The position numbers and the translations under genes are program-made. DNA of 64,000 nucleotides, taken from assembly GCA_031411295.1 (NCBI GenBank), contig JANOAV010000028.1:1-64000 (forward strand), read 5' to 3'. Under the pieces are notes generated by a model, which had not been told where the DNA came from, did no database searches, and worked only from the letters and a program-made list of their open reading frames with translations. Source of the DNA: Verrucomicrobiales bacterium. Lineage in GTDB: Bacteria > Verrucomicrobiota > Verrucomicrobiia > Verrucomicrobiales > V1-33. Below, piece by piece: positions 41,901-49,052 of this stretch. The first letter of the stretch is position 1, and every line of letters starts with the position of its first letter.

Positions 41901-44728
41901 CGCTGACAACTCCAGCCAACGCATTGCTGTCATCGGCCGCAGCCCATACGCTGACCATCACGGATGATGATCGGCCCGTGGTCACGATGACTTCTAGCGA
42001 CACTGCTGCCACTGAGAGTGGTGATCCCGCATCTGTCACGCTCACGCGCACGGGCCCCACCACCAGTGCTCTGGCGGTTGCGGTGACCCTCACAGGAACG
42101 GCTACGATCACAACAGACTATACTGGACTGAGCACGACGCTGACGATTCCGGTCGGGCAAGCCAGCGCTACGTTTTTCCTGACACCCGTGCAGGATACGA
42201 CTGGCGAGGGAAATGAGACCGTAATCGTGACCTTGGCCAACAACGCCAACTACACCGTGGGCACGACGACGACCTTGACCCTGAACCTTGCTGATGATGA
42301 TCGCAATCAAGTTAGCATCGTCGCGAATACAGCATCAGTGACGGAGGGAAGCGCGGCGGGAACCCTGACGCTGAGTCGCACGGGCAGCACCACGGCGGCC
42401 TTGACCGTGAACCTTACCGTTTCCGGCACCGCCACCAATGGAACGGATTACACAACGGTGGCGGCCACGGCTACGTTCACTGCTGGGCAATCCACGCGCG
42501 TGCTCACGATCACGCCCATGAACGATACTGCCATCGAGGGACTTGAGGTTATCCTGATTTCACTAGCCACCGGCAGCTATGACATTGGCAGTGCCAGTTA
42601 TGCATCGATGGCGCTGATCGATAACGATGTGCCGCCCACCGTCTTCATCAGTTCCCCCAGCGCCCAGGGCACGGTGGTGGCTCCTGGCAATGGGCTTAAT
42701 TTCGAGGCCACCATGGAGGATGATAATTTGCCCAATCCCGTCGCTGGAACCTGGAGCATGGTGAGCGGCCCCGGTGTGGTAAATTTCAACCCAGCGACGA
42801 GCACGACCGGTAAGACTGCGGCTACGTTCTCAGCGCCAGGAAATTATGTGATTCGGGTGACGGCTTCGGACGGTCAATACAGCGTCTCTGATCAAATTGC
42901 CGTAACCGTTGGAGGCGTTGCGGCCTTGGCTCCGGCGGATTGGATTACCACGGACATCGGACCTCCGACCGCGCGTGGCAGTTCCGGTCCTTCGGGTGCG
43001 GGCTATGCGATGACGGCGGCTGGCACAGGATTGGCAGCCTCCTCATCCGACCGTGCCCATGCCATGTCGCGTCAGATCACAGGTGATGGCACCATCGTGG
43101 CGCGACTCACTGGGCTGATTGGTTCCAGCGCCACAAGGGAGATGGGGATAGATATCCGCGACAGCCTGCATCGCTACTCCCGACGGGCCTCGATCATGTT
43201 AGTTCCGGGCACGAGCACCCTGCGCTTCGGCGTCCGCACCACCGCCAATACCAACGAAACGGCCGTGACCGCCACGGGCAAAAATTTCCCGCTCTGGGTT
43301 AAGCTTGATCGCGTGGCAGCCACCAATACGATTACGGCAAGTTATGCCACCGACAATGCCGGAGCGCCCGGCACGTGGAACGTCATCGGAGCTGCTAGTG
43401 TTGTCACCATGGATGCCACCGCCGACTACAGCGTCCTTGCCGCCAGCGGCAGTGATACCGCCACCGCAGCGGCCACCGTGGACAATGTTAGTTTGACGCC
43501 AGCGGCGGTGGGGCCAGCTACGTTGATCGAAGACTTGGGCTCCGGCACGCAAACTGGAACTTACGCTTACAACGCCACGACCAATGTGCATACGCTGGCT
43601 GGGCAGTCCGGGAGTTTGGATAATGTCGCGATGTTCTACGGTCAATCCGTGACCGGGGATTTTGTGCTCACCACGCTGATGACCAGCGCCACTTCTGGAG
43701 CAGACAGCGCCATGTCCGGCATTATGATTCGTGATAGTCTGGACAATGGGCCCATGGCCTTTGTGGGGCGGAATCCTTTTAGCGCCTACTCGTCCTTCAT
43801 CTGGCGCACCAACAGCAAAGGCAGCACGGACGGACTCAATGGCATTTCCCAGACGGTGCGCTGGCTGCGCTTCATCCGGAAAGGAAATCAACTCACCGCC
43901 CTGCACGCGCCCAATGTTTCCGGGGTTCCCGGCACGTGGGTCCAGATGGGCCAGCCCCAAAATGTGTTCATCCAACCCAGCGTGGTGCTCGGCTTGGCCG
44001 TTTGTAATGGAGCAGGCGTCGGACTGAACACGGCTACCTTTACCAATCTAACCATCGTTCCTGTCAACAAAGCTCCCATCGTGGAGGCCGGAACCCCACC
44101 GACCACCGTGGCCTCGCCACTCAGCCTGCTGGGCACCGTCACGGATGATTCGCTGCCAGCACCCTTCGTGACTCAGTGGTCCGCGATCACTGCTGCCAGT
44201 CCCGTCACGTTTGCCAATGCCGCGGCCTTGTCTACCACGGTCTCCTTTACCACCCCAGGTGCCTACACCCTGCGCCTAACGGCAAATGATACTCTTGCCT
44301 CCACCTTTGATGACCTTAGCTTCACGCTCGCCACACCGTTCGAGCAATGGCGCAATGCGCAGTTCGTAGGCGGAACCAGCAACGCCAACAGTGCTCCCAC
44401 CGCTGATCCAGACCAGGATGGGCTGACCAATCTCGTCGAATACGCCCTCGGGACGAATCCCGCCAAAGGCAATGGGGCAGGCCTCCAAAAGGTCGTCACC
44501 ACCGACAGTGGACAGCGCTACTTTCAAGTCACGATCCAAAAAAATCCTGCTGCCACAGATGTGACTATCAAGGTGGAGTCCAGCACCAGTCTGGCGGGAA
44601 GTTCCTGGGGCAGCACGGGATTGGTCGAGCAACAGAACACCAGCACCCTACTCCAGGTTCGCTCTACGCATCCCTATGATAGCACCAACCGAGAATTTTT
44701 CCGAGTCACGGCCACCTTGGCCCCGTGA
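35960..44728 (+). CDS. 2922-aa surface metalloprotease/adhesin: metzincin (M11-like) domain, PKD-like domains, about 9 Calx-beta repeats, ConA-like (DUF1349-type) domains and a C-terminal module
   Basis: HEIGHVFGLLH zinc motif with a DVMG Met-turn; repeated TVNYT.SGTAT.G.DY..IND...E..ET...TL..DD Calx-beta units; W.R..R.G...S.DG..W ConA-like units. Confidence 0.88.
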   Translation: MRFSHPTTRRALVGASILALGSIAWWIASPRFTVTVEPVSMVPETVSAVTVAPEISVAPTPQQLGVPGTKTATQSAMTSFTEWAQTFRAMEDPAQRETLIPAGRALAAERRPVFKALIKSDPRAALQAAVPMVVRQSLPGEILELLEERVNDRGTLRVYSGVGPNNAGPVPTVRIAETQHGKTYQAFVYGRRLESILWTAGASLNGVAVDEAMAVNEDPFRTLEIGEKPDPEKVQVSVCPVSGKDTLTDEQKEAREPIVEETPAIEAFGEIVYLCNGSHAVIYREQLLYAEGGSGGATTFTGILPAAPTPSIGNIRVLVIPMTFADQNDTQSSESALYTMMRNVGEHYALASYGKMTLATTVCPPVKVEHDEAWYIQKDSSNGGPIDGLGQEHSHARAEARKIGFDDEEYDCVVVRLKGGARPAGGWGGGKSVWIYGDGVDVTAHEIGHVFGLLHANFWDTAGTSAIGSGANEEYGGHFDVMGGVGLPKGHYNAQAKNQIRWLPNEFVSEVTASGTYRIHAQDQPILNPSERFALKIRKDAARTYWGELRGLYEGVASMPWADQGLILGWKYPSGSGSNIQLIDTTPGTSFGKDDAPISLGRTFSDLEAGIHVTTIGVNRATSTTSKSVDVVVNLGSFPTNRLPVLTLAASATVVPTGVPVTFMATASDPDGDALAYAWQHFGDGSYYSAGPNAATTTRSFPTAGTYVVSCTVSDMKGGSVIRSQLITVGNGGGRFTLSGLVTRNGQGLGNVIVQANSANAVITDSAGRYTMPNLPAATYVVTAALYGYTFTELFNNNITLGPSFAGADFEAGATSRVSIAVITPTTDEGSSTPAVVRLSRTGDASLPLTVNFTAVTGTASTGDYALVPAMGSGSQGMITQTIPAGAADLDVLLNSTVDTTPEGPETVILQLVGGAGYLVESAGQVTLTILDDDTSLPSVGVVASVPKMEEGSAVLGEVTFSRSANPSAALTVNYTLSGSATSGSDFVPLSGTATFASGSATLAVPITSINDSISESLETIVISLTPNAAYLNMPTASSASVSVIDDDVQVVSVIASDASAKEKDLSVAGTAADTGTFLISRTGDTSQALTVFYAMAGPSTGVATALHGADYEELPGSIVIPAGQTSAAVTIIPRFDGIGESQESVFLQLGAGPTNYRLGTQNSASLTIDDAEGSVPYVEVLGVDNAIEGATPTNGRFRFSVKGSSTASVTVNYTVSGTATSGVDYTALSGSVIIPGNGINTSEITVVPINDALAEDLETVILTITPSASYQIFGPSSTATAWLYDDEVPTVFVDANVNAYPPTLTENGTGGTFYVSRTGSTTAALTVNYTLSGTAISGTDYTAPSGSVTIAAGAKGADIQITPINDAVAEGAETIIITLTDGGGYSTGPTATYYLTDDEAPTTTVAFASAGTKALENVGTISIPVTLSAAATSPVTVEYLVNTAARDTSVATGTPPSLLPYWVRCERVGNVISGMISPDGVSWTTVSTQTVSVPSASYMAGLCVNSYNTTTLSTATFDNVSISNLSAGGTQGARTGANLGTTSVVGSSSVAGSVYTVAGAGDNVEGTTDQGYYTYWPITNSANCTITARVLSQSNTNALGTAGVMIRESITNNVRRGFMAATPSSGFEYHYRTAVAAAEAKVTSAGSPTPFWARIQRVGDVLTASTSSDGTNWNTVGSPQTMPMGTEVWAGLAASSQDDTVFCHAVFDNTTLTPGPLPALQGRTIGFSGLQGSANQAGGVWTVEGAAAGVNGTNDDCFAAVAPISGDFTLVTRVVSATGGSAPQAGLLVRESLSRRARSFFVDASPGATPELSWRAQTSTSANGVGVDYNLTQGVLTFPAGSTEQSISLNIINDTMSEPDETISLQLRFANGVTLGTQKEFNVSIVDDDTPPVLPFVGFGAETSNPQESIGTALVPLTLSVPTASTVTVNYAVTAGTATADDFTAATGTVTFPPGSTTQFIAVAITDDAVIENGETVLLALTTPANALLSSAAAHTLTITDDDRPVVTMTSSDTAATESGDPASVTLTRTGPTTSALAVAVTLTGTATITTDYTGLSTTLTIPVGQASATFFLTPVQDTTGEGNETVIVTLANNANYTVGTTTTLTLNLADDDRNQVSIVANTASVTEGSAAGTLTLSRTGSTTAALTVNLTVSGTATNGTDYTTVAATATFTAGQSTRVLTITPMNDTAIEGLEVILISLATGSYDIGSASYASMALIDNDVPPTVFISSPSAQGTVVAPGNGLNFEATMEDDNLPNPVAGTWSMVSGPGVVNFNPATSTTGKTAATFSAPGNYVIRVTASDGQYSVSDQIAVTVGGVAALAPADWITTDIGPPTARGSSGPSGAGYAMTAAGTGLAASSSDRAHAMSRQITGDGTIVARLTGLIGSSATREMGIDIRDSLHRYSRRASIMLVPGTSTLRFGVRTTANTNETAVTATGKNFPLWVKLDRVAATNTITASYATDNAGAPGTWNVIGAASVVTMDATADYSVLAASGSDTATAAATVDNVSLTPAAVGPATLIEDLGSGTQTGTYAYNATTNVHTLAGQSGSLDNVAMFYGQSVTGDFVLTTLMTSATSGADSAMSGIMIRDSLDNGPMAFVGRNPFSAYSSFIWRTNSKGSTDGLNGISQTVRWLRFIRKGNQLTALHAPNVSGVPGTWVQMGQPQNVFIQPSVVLGLAVCNGAGVGLNTATFTNLTIVPVNKAPIVEAGTPPTTVASPLSLLGTVTDDSLPAPFVTQWSAITAASPVTFANAAALSTTVSFTTPGAYTLRLTANDTLASTFDDLSFTLATPFEQWRNAQFVGGTSNANSAPTADPDQDGLTNLVEYALGTNPAKGNGAGLQKVVTTDSGQRYFQVTIQKNPAATDVTIKVESSTSLAGSSWGSTGLVEQQNTSTLLQVRSTHPYDSTNREFFRVTATLAP

Positions 44729-44766
44729 CGTGCCCCTCATCATCGCGCAGTAACATCATTCCGGTA

Positions 44767-44804
44767 GTGTGCCTCCGGCGCACGGGGTGTGCGTTCCGCT
44801 CACA
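44767..44804. promoter_or_regulatory. Tandem pair of 18-bp near-palindromic boxes (period 20 bp)
   Basis: GTGTGCCTCCGGCGCACG and GTGTGCGTTCCGCTCACA; same arrangement as 54104-54141. Confidence 0.5.
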
Positions 44805-44841
44805 GCCGTGAGTCATCGTGGGAGTTCCTCCCGCTGTGATC

Positions 44842-46266
44842 CTAACTCAAGAATCCGAGCGGTGGATTGCTGCTGTTGGTGCTGTAGAAATTTCCAATGT
44901 TCGGCAGCACGAGTGGCAGATCGGTCTTGGAGACCCCGAGCCACAGCGCTAGTTCTGCGAAGAAGCTATCGCAACTGGTGGTGGGGATGAGGCGACCAGA
45001 GCCAGTGTCCAGCGGATTCACCTCTGCTCCGGCGGCAGGATTGATCGCCAAGCTGGGGTAGGTGCCGTAGATTTTCTTGCCAATGACGGAGCCTCCCACC
45101 ACGAGCTGATTGCCGCCCCAGGCGTGGTCGCTGCCCTGACCGTTGCTAGTGAGGGAGCGTCCAAAGTCGGAGGCGGTGTAGAGGGTGACGTTGTTCTGTA
45201 GTCCCATGGCAGAGAGCTGACTGTAGAACGCTCCGATGGCTGCGCTGACTTCGGGCAGCATTTGGCCCTGCAAATTGAGGACTCCGCTATGATGATCCCA
45301 GCCCCCAATCTGGATGAAAAAAGTTTGCCGGATAGCTCCGGTGCCAGCGCGTCCATTGATGGCTTTGGCTACCATTTGCAGACGGGATCCGAGGTAAGTG
45401 CCGGGAAACGTGACAGTCCCTGGCAAGGCTCCCGAAGTGGCGGTGGCGAAGGTGTTATAGGCATCAATGGCTTGCTTCTTGCGGGTGTTGAAGGTTTGCA
45501 TCAACAAGTTCGTGTATTGCTGGGAGAGTTGGCTATCAACGCCCTGGCTGAGGGCTTGGTTGATCGGATCGTTGGCTTGCCAGGCTGCCCGATAGTTGTT
45601 TAGCCCCACGGCTCCGGTCGGTGTGATGGCGTATTCCGCCACGGTATTTCCAGTTTGCCAAACGTTGCCACCATCCAGGGAAATGTTCATCGGCACCGCT
45701 TGGTTGGTGTTAATGCCCTTGAGCAGATCGGCGGTGCGCCCGGCCCAGCCGATGCCGGCCCGTGAGTTAGGCACACTGGTCTGCCATTGCTCGATTTGGT
45801 CTGAATGAGAATACAACCCCAGCGGAAGTTGTTTGGCAAATTGACTCACTTGGGTGCGGTTCTGCACGGGTTCCACCAAAGTCCCGACATTGGCAATGAA
45901 GGCTGCATTGCCGTTCTGAAACAGCGTGGCAATTTCTGGCATGCCACCGTGAACGGCAAAGTCAGGCAAGCCGATGGGATTGATGTCGATGAGCTGTGCT
46001 GGCGTTATGGCCAAGTTCGCACGGGCCGCCTGATACTGGGCATAGGCGGCAGGAGCGCGCGGGACCAGCATGTTGAACGAGTCATTGCCCCCGGCTAAAA
46101 AGACGCAGACGACGGCCCGGTATTCGGTGTTCGTGGGAGCCGTTACGGCGGCCAATTTCTCGGTTAGGGAAAGATTCAGCAACGTGTTGAGCACCGGGAT
46201 GGAGGACACGGCGGCACAACTGGCCTGGCCAATGAATTTGCGGCGGGAAGAGGATGCAATGATCAT
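44842..46266 (-). CDS. DUF1501 family protein, Tat-exported
   Basis: SRRKFI; YRAVVCVFLAGGNDSFNMLVP, LYSHSDQ, GGWDHH, SDFGRSL, GSDHAWGG. Confidence 0.92.
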   Translation of the reverse strand: MIIASSSRRKFIGQASCAAVSSIPVLNTLLNLSLTEKLAAVTAPTNTEYRAVVCVFLAGGNDSFNMLVPRAPAAYAQYQAARANLAITPAQLIDINPIGLPDFAVHGGMPEIATLFQNGNAAFIANVGTLVEPVQNRTQVSQFAKQLPLGLYSHSDQIEQWQTSVPNSRAGIGWAGRTADLLKGINTNQAVPMNISLDGGNVWQTGNTVAEYAITPTGAVGLNNYRAAWQANDPINQALSQGVDSQLSQQYTNLLMQTFNTRKKQAIDAYNTFATATSGALPGTVTFPGTYLGSRLQMVAKAINGRAGTGAIRQTFFIQIGGWDHHSGVLNLQGQMLPEVSAAIGAFYSQLSAMGLQNNVTLYTASDFGRSLTSNGQGSDHAWGGNQLVVGGSVIGKKIYGTYPSLAINPAAGAEVNPLDTGSGRLIPTTSCDSFFAELALWLGVSKTDLPLVLPNIGNFYSTNSSNPPLGFLS

Positions 46267-46286
46267 ACTTGTTGGGTAGGTAAGAT

Positions 46287-48869
46287 TTAGCGCAGGACGT
46301 TGAATTCCGCAGAGGTGACGAAGAGGTTGATGAGTAATTTTAGTCGCTCCCGATGCCAGTTGTAGCTGGTGAGCGGGGGCTTGATGCGGTCCACGGATTC
46401 GCGAATGATTTGGAATTGCCTTGGACTGAGCGTGCCTCCCAGCAGGGCTAGATCGAGCCGGCGGATGAGTGGATCCGCATCATAGAGACCAGCCACCGCC
46501 GGGCCGGTGGAGTTAATTTGCGCGGCTGGAACGACCATTCCCAGCTCTGGGTCCAGATTGAGTTTCACGGCATATTGGGCGTCACCATGGCCCCAGCGAT
46601 GCAGGTCACTGCCGCCGCAAACATTGTAAAAATAATTGGCTCCTGTGATCGCGGAGCTGGCGTTTAACAACTGAAACTCCGGAGCCACTAATCCCTGCTG
46701 CGTCAATGGCCCTGGCGGGCTGTGCCCAGGCAGGAAAAAGTTGAACACACTGGGCGAGTTCATGGGATCCTGCATGTGATCCAGCACGAATTGATCCACG
46801 GTGTATAACCCCGAGGGCGAGCTGGCGTTGAAGGCTTTGGCGAGATTGACCACCCGCAACAACGGTTCGCGAAGTTTACCAAACGTCGGCAACTCCATCA
46901 TGGCAGGGTCACGCGCTTCGGAGTCCATGAGGATGGCTTTGATCACGGCCTTGAGATCACCACGCACGTTGCTGCCATTGTTATTAAATACGGTGGCCAC
47001 GCGGGAAATGTAGCCGGGGCTGGGATTCGAGGTGATGAAACGTTGGATGAGCCGGATGGCAATGAATGGACCAACGTTGGGATGATTGAAAAGATTCATC
47101 ACGGCCGCATCCACATCGGCTAGTCCGGCCGTGCCGGTATTGCCCGCGCTGGCAACGCGGGCTGGCAGTTGCAAGCCTTGAAGCAGTGATTTTGCCCCCA
47201 GATCATGGACGGCATCCCAGCATTTCATCGGCTGAAGATGATCTCCGTAAGCCAGATTGTTGGCGTTGAAGTTCGTGCTGTCGCCCCAGGTAAATCCCGT
47301 GAAGACGCGGGCCAGTTCCGTGATGTCCGTGTTGCTATAGGTGGGAATGAAACGCCCCTGGGCATCCAATTTCCGGCTGCCGTCCAGGTTCAATTCCCAG
47401 AGCCCGATGGACAACAACTGCATGATCTCACGGGCGAAATTTTCATCCGGATGAAGGTTCAGGGTCGCGTTGGCTTTTTGATTTCCCAAATGACTCAAAT
47501 ACACGCCCATGACGGGATGCAGGGCTACGGCCTTCAGCAAGGTGCCGTAATTTCCAAAGGCCTGGGTTTCAAAGAGATCGTAAAATTGAGCCATGCCTTC
47601 CGGGTAAACGGCAAGAGATTCTGGTCGATCCGACACCACCAGTATTTCGCTCAAGGCAAAGGCCATGCGCTGCCGCAAGGGGTCCGGGAGCTGCGTGGTG
47701 GCCGCATCAGGACGAAGTTTGGGGACTCCCATCACGCGATTCCACCAAGCGTGCTCCTTGTAGTTGCCGTAGATGCCCATGGGATTCGCGAAGGTCACGG
47801 CCCAGTTAGTATAAGGCTGAATGTAGCCGATGGGGCGCGTAAATTGGTCTTCGATCCAGGCCTCAAAGCCCATAGACATTAACTCTTCGACGTTCTCCGG
47901 AATGTCATCCGCATCGGCTGGACTGTCCTGATCCGGACCGAACGAGGCTTGGATCAGGAAGCGTGCGGCCGCCTTGGCACTGGGCAGGACGGAGGCATCG
48001 CCCAGGGTGGCCGTGGCGCTGCTGAGGGATCCCAACGTATAGCCAGCCCCCGGCAGGGCCGTGACGACAATGGACTCCGCCCCCTCGATGGCAGCATCAT
48101 TGATGGGGGTTAGTTCCACCCATGTCTCACGGGCTCCCAGAGGCAGGTAAATCTGCGTTCCGGTGGTGTTCGTTGTATAGTCGGTATCGCGCGTGGCAGT
48201 GCCCGTGAAGGAAAGGTTGATCCACATGGGCTTCAGGCCACCACTCCGACGAATCGCGATAACGCCCTTGTCAGGCCAATCCTCGCGCATGTTCCCATCG
48301 ATCAAGCCGAGAGTAATGGTGCTGGCAGCAGCCAGCCCAGTCGTCGCGCGGGCTTGGTCAGCATTGCTGTCGTTACGATCAGTGCGATTGAGCTTTGGAT
48401 TGAATCCTAGTTTGATTTCATCCCAATCATTCAGCCCATCGCCATCGCTATCCACATCGCTGGCCCCAATTCGGAAAAAGAAGCGCGACTGATTTGTAAT
48501 ACTAAAGCTCTGATGCATCTGCCCGCCCTCGCCAGGCATATTTCCCAGCAGGGTAAAGTCATTCACCCCAAGCGCGGCCCCACCGTAGATGCCGTAGCTC
48601 TTCCCCAACTCGCTCGGCCATTGCAGGGTGATGGAGCCGGGCAAATCCGTTCCCAAATTAAGCATGGGATGAGAGGTCGCATCCAGAGGATTCGTGCCTG
48701 CCAAGCTTTCGACGGCATTGGAATAGCCGTCGTTATCAGCATCGCCTGCTGCGGGAAGGTTGAGTGCTCCATACTGAAGCTCCCAGATATCGCTCTGTTG
48801 ATTGGCGTTTTGATCAATGGCACAGGCGGTGGCGGCCAGGCCGATGGTTAGGAAGACTAGGGTTTTCAT
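46287..48869 (-). CDS. DUF1800 family protein with an N-terminal accessory module and a Calx-beta-like domain
   Basis: AARFLIQASFGP, DPLRQRMAFALSEILVVS, PDENFAREIMQLLSIGL, TSNPSPGY, KLREPL, SPSVFNFF. Confidence 0.92.
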   Translation of the reverse strand: MKTLVFLTIGLAATACAIDQNANQQSDIWELQYGALNLPAAGDADNDGYSNAVESLAGTNPLDATSHPMLNLGTDLPGSITLQWPSELGKSYGIYGGAALGVNDFTLLGNMPGEGGQMHQSFSITNQSRFFFRIGASDVDSDGDGLNDWDEIKLGFNPKLNRTDRNDSNADQARATTGLAAASTITLGLIDGNMREDWPDKGVIAIRRSGGLKPMWINLSFTGTATRDTDYTTNTTGTQIYLPLGARETWVELTPINDAAIEGAESIVVTALPGAGYTLGSLSSATATLGDASVLPSAKAAARFLIQASFGPDQDSPADADDIPENVEELMSMGFEAWIEDQFTRPIGYIQPYTNWAVTFANPMGIYGNYKEHAWWNRVMGVPKLRPDAATTQLPDPLRQRMAFALSEILVVSDRPESLAVYPEGMAQFYDLFETQAFGNYGTLLKAVALHPVMGVYLSHLGNQKANATLNLHPDENFAREIMQLLSIGLWELNLDGSRKLDAQGRFIPTYSNTDITELARVFTGFTWGDSTNFNANNLAYGDHLQPMKCWDAVHDLGAKSLLQGLQLPARVASAGNTGTAGLADVDAAVMNLFNHPNVGPFIAIRLIQRFITSNPSPGYISRVATVFNNNGSNVRGDLKAVIKAILMDSEARDPAMMELPTFGKLREPLLRVVNLAKAFNASSPSGLYTVDQFVLDHMQDPMNSPSVFNFFLPGHSPPGPLTQQGLVAPEFQLLNASSAITGANYFYNVCGGSDLHRWGHGDAQYAVKLNLDPELGMVVPAAQINSTGPAVAGLYDADPLIRRLDLALLGGTLSPRQFQIIRESVDRIKPPLTSYNWHRERLKLLINLFVTSAEFNVLR

Positions 48870-49052
48870 CGCGATAGATGGAAGAAATTATGGGATGATG
48901 CGGAATTAAACAAGGAAATTGGGAGCGGACAGCAAAGGCTACGACTGGTTCGGGCAACCGGCTATACCTCTTTGGATGTAGTGAACGAAGGAGCGAGGAA
49001 ACATGGTCGCTGGGAAGGGTTGCAAGAATACTGGCCCCAAATGGTGGTTCGC

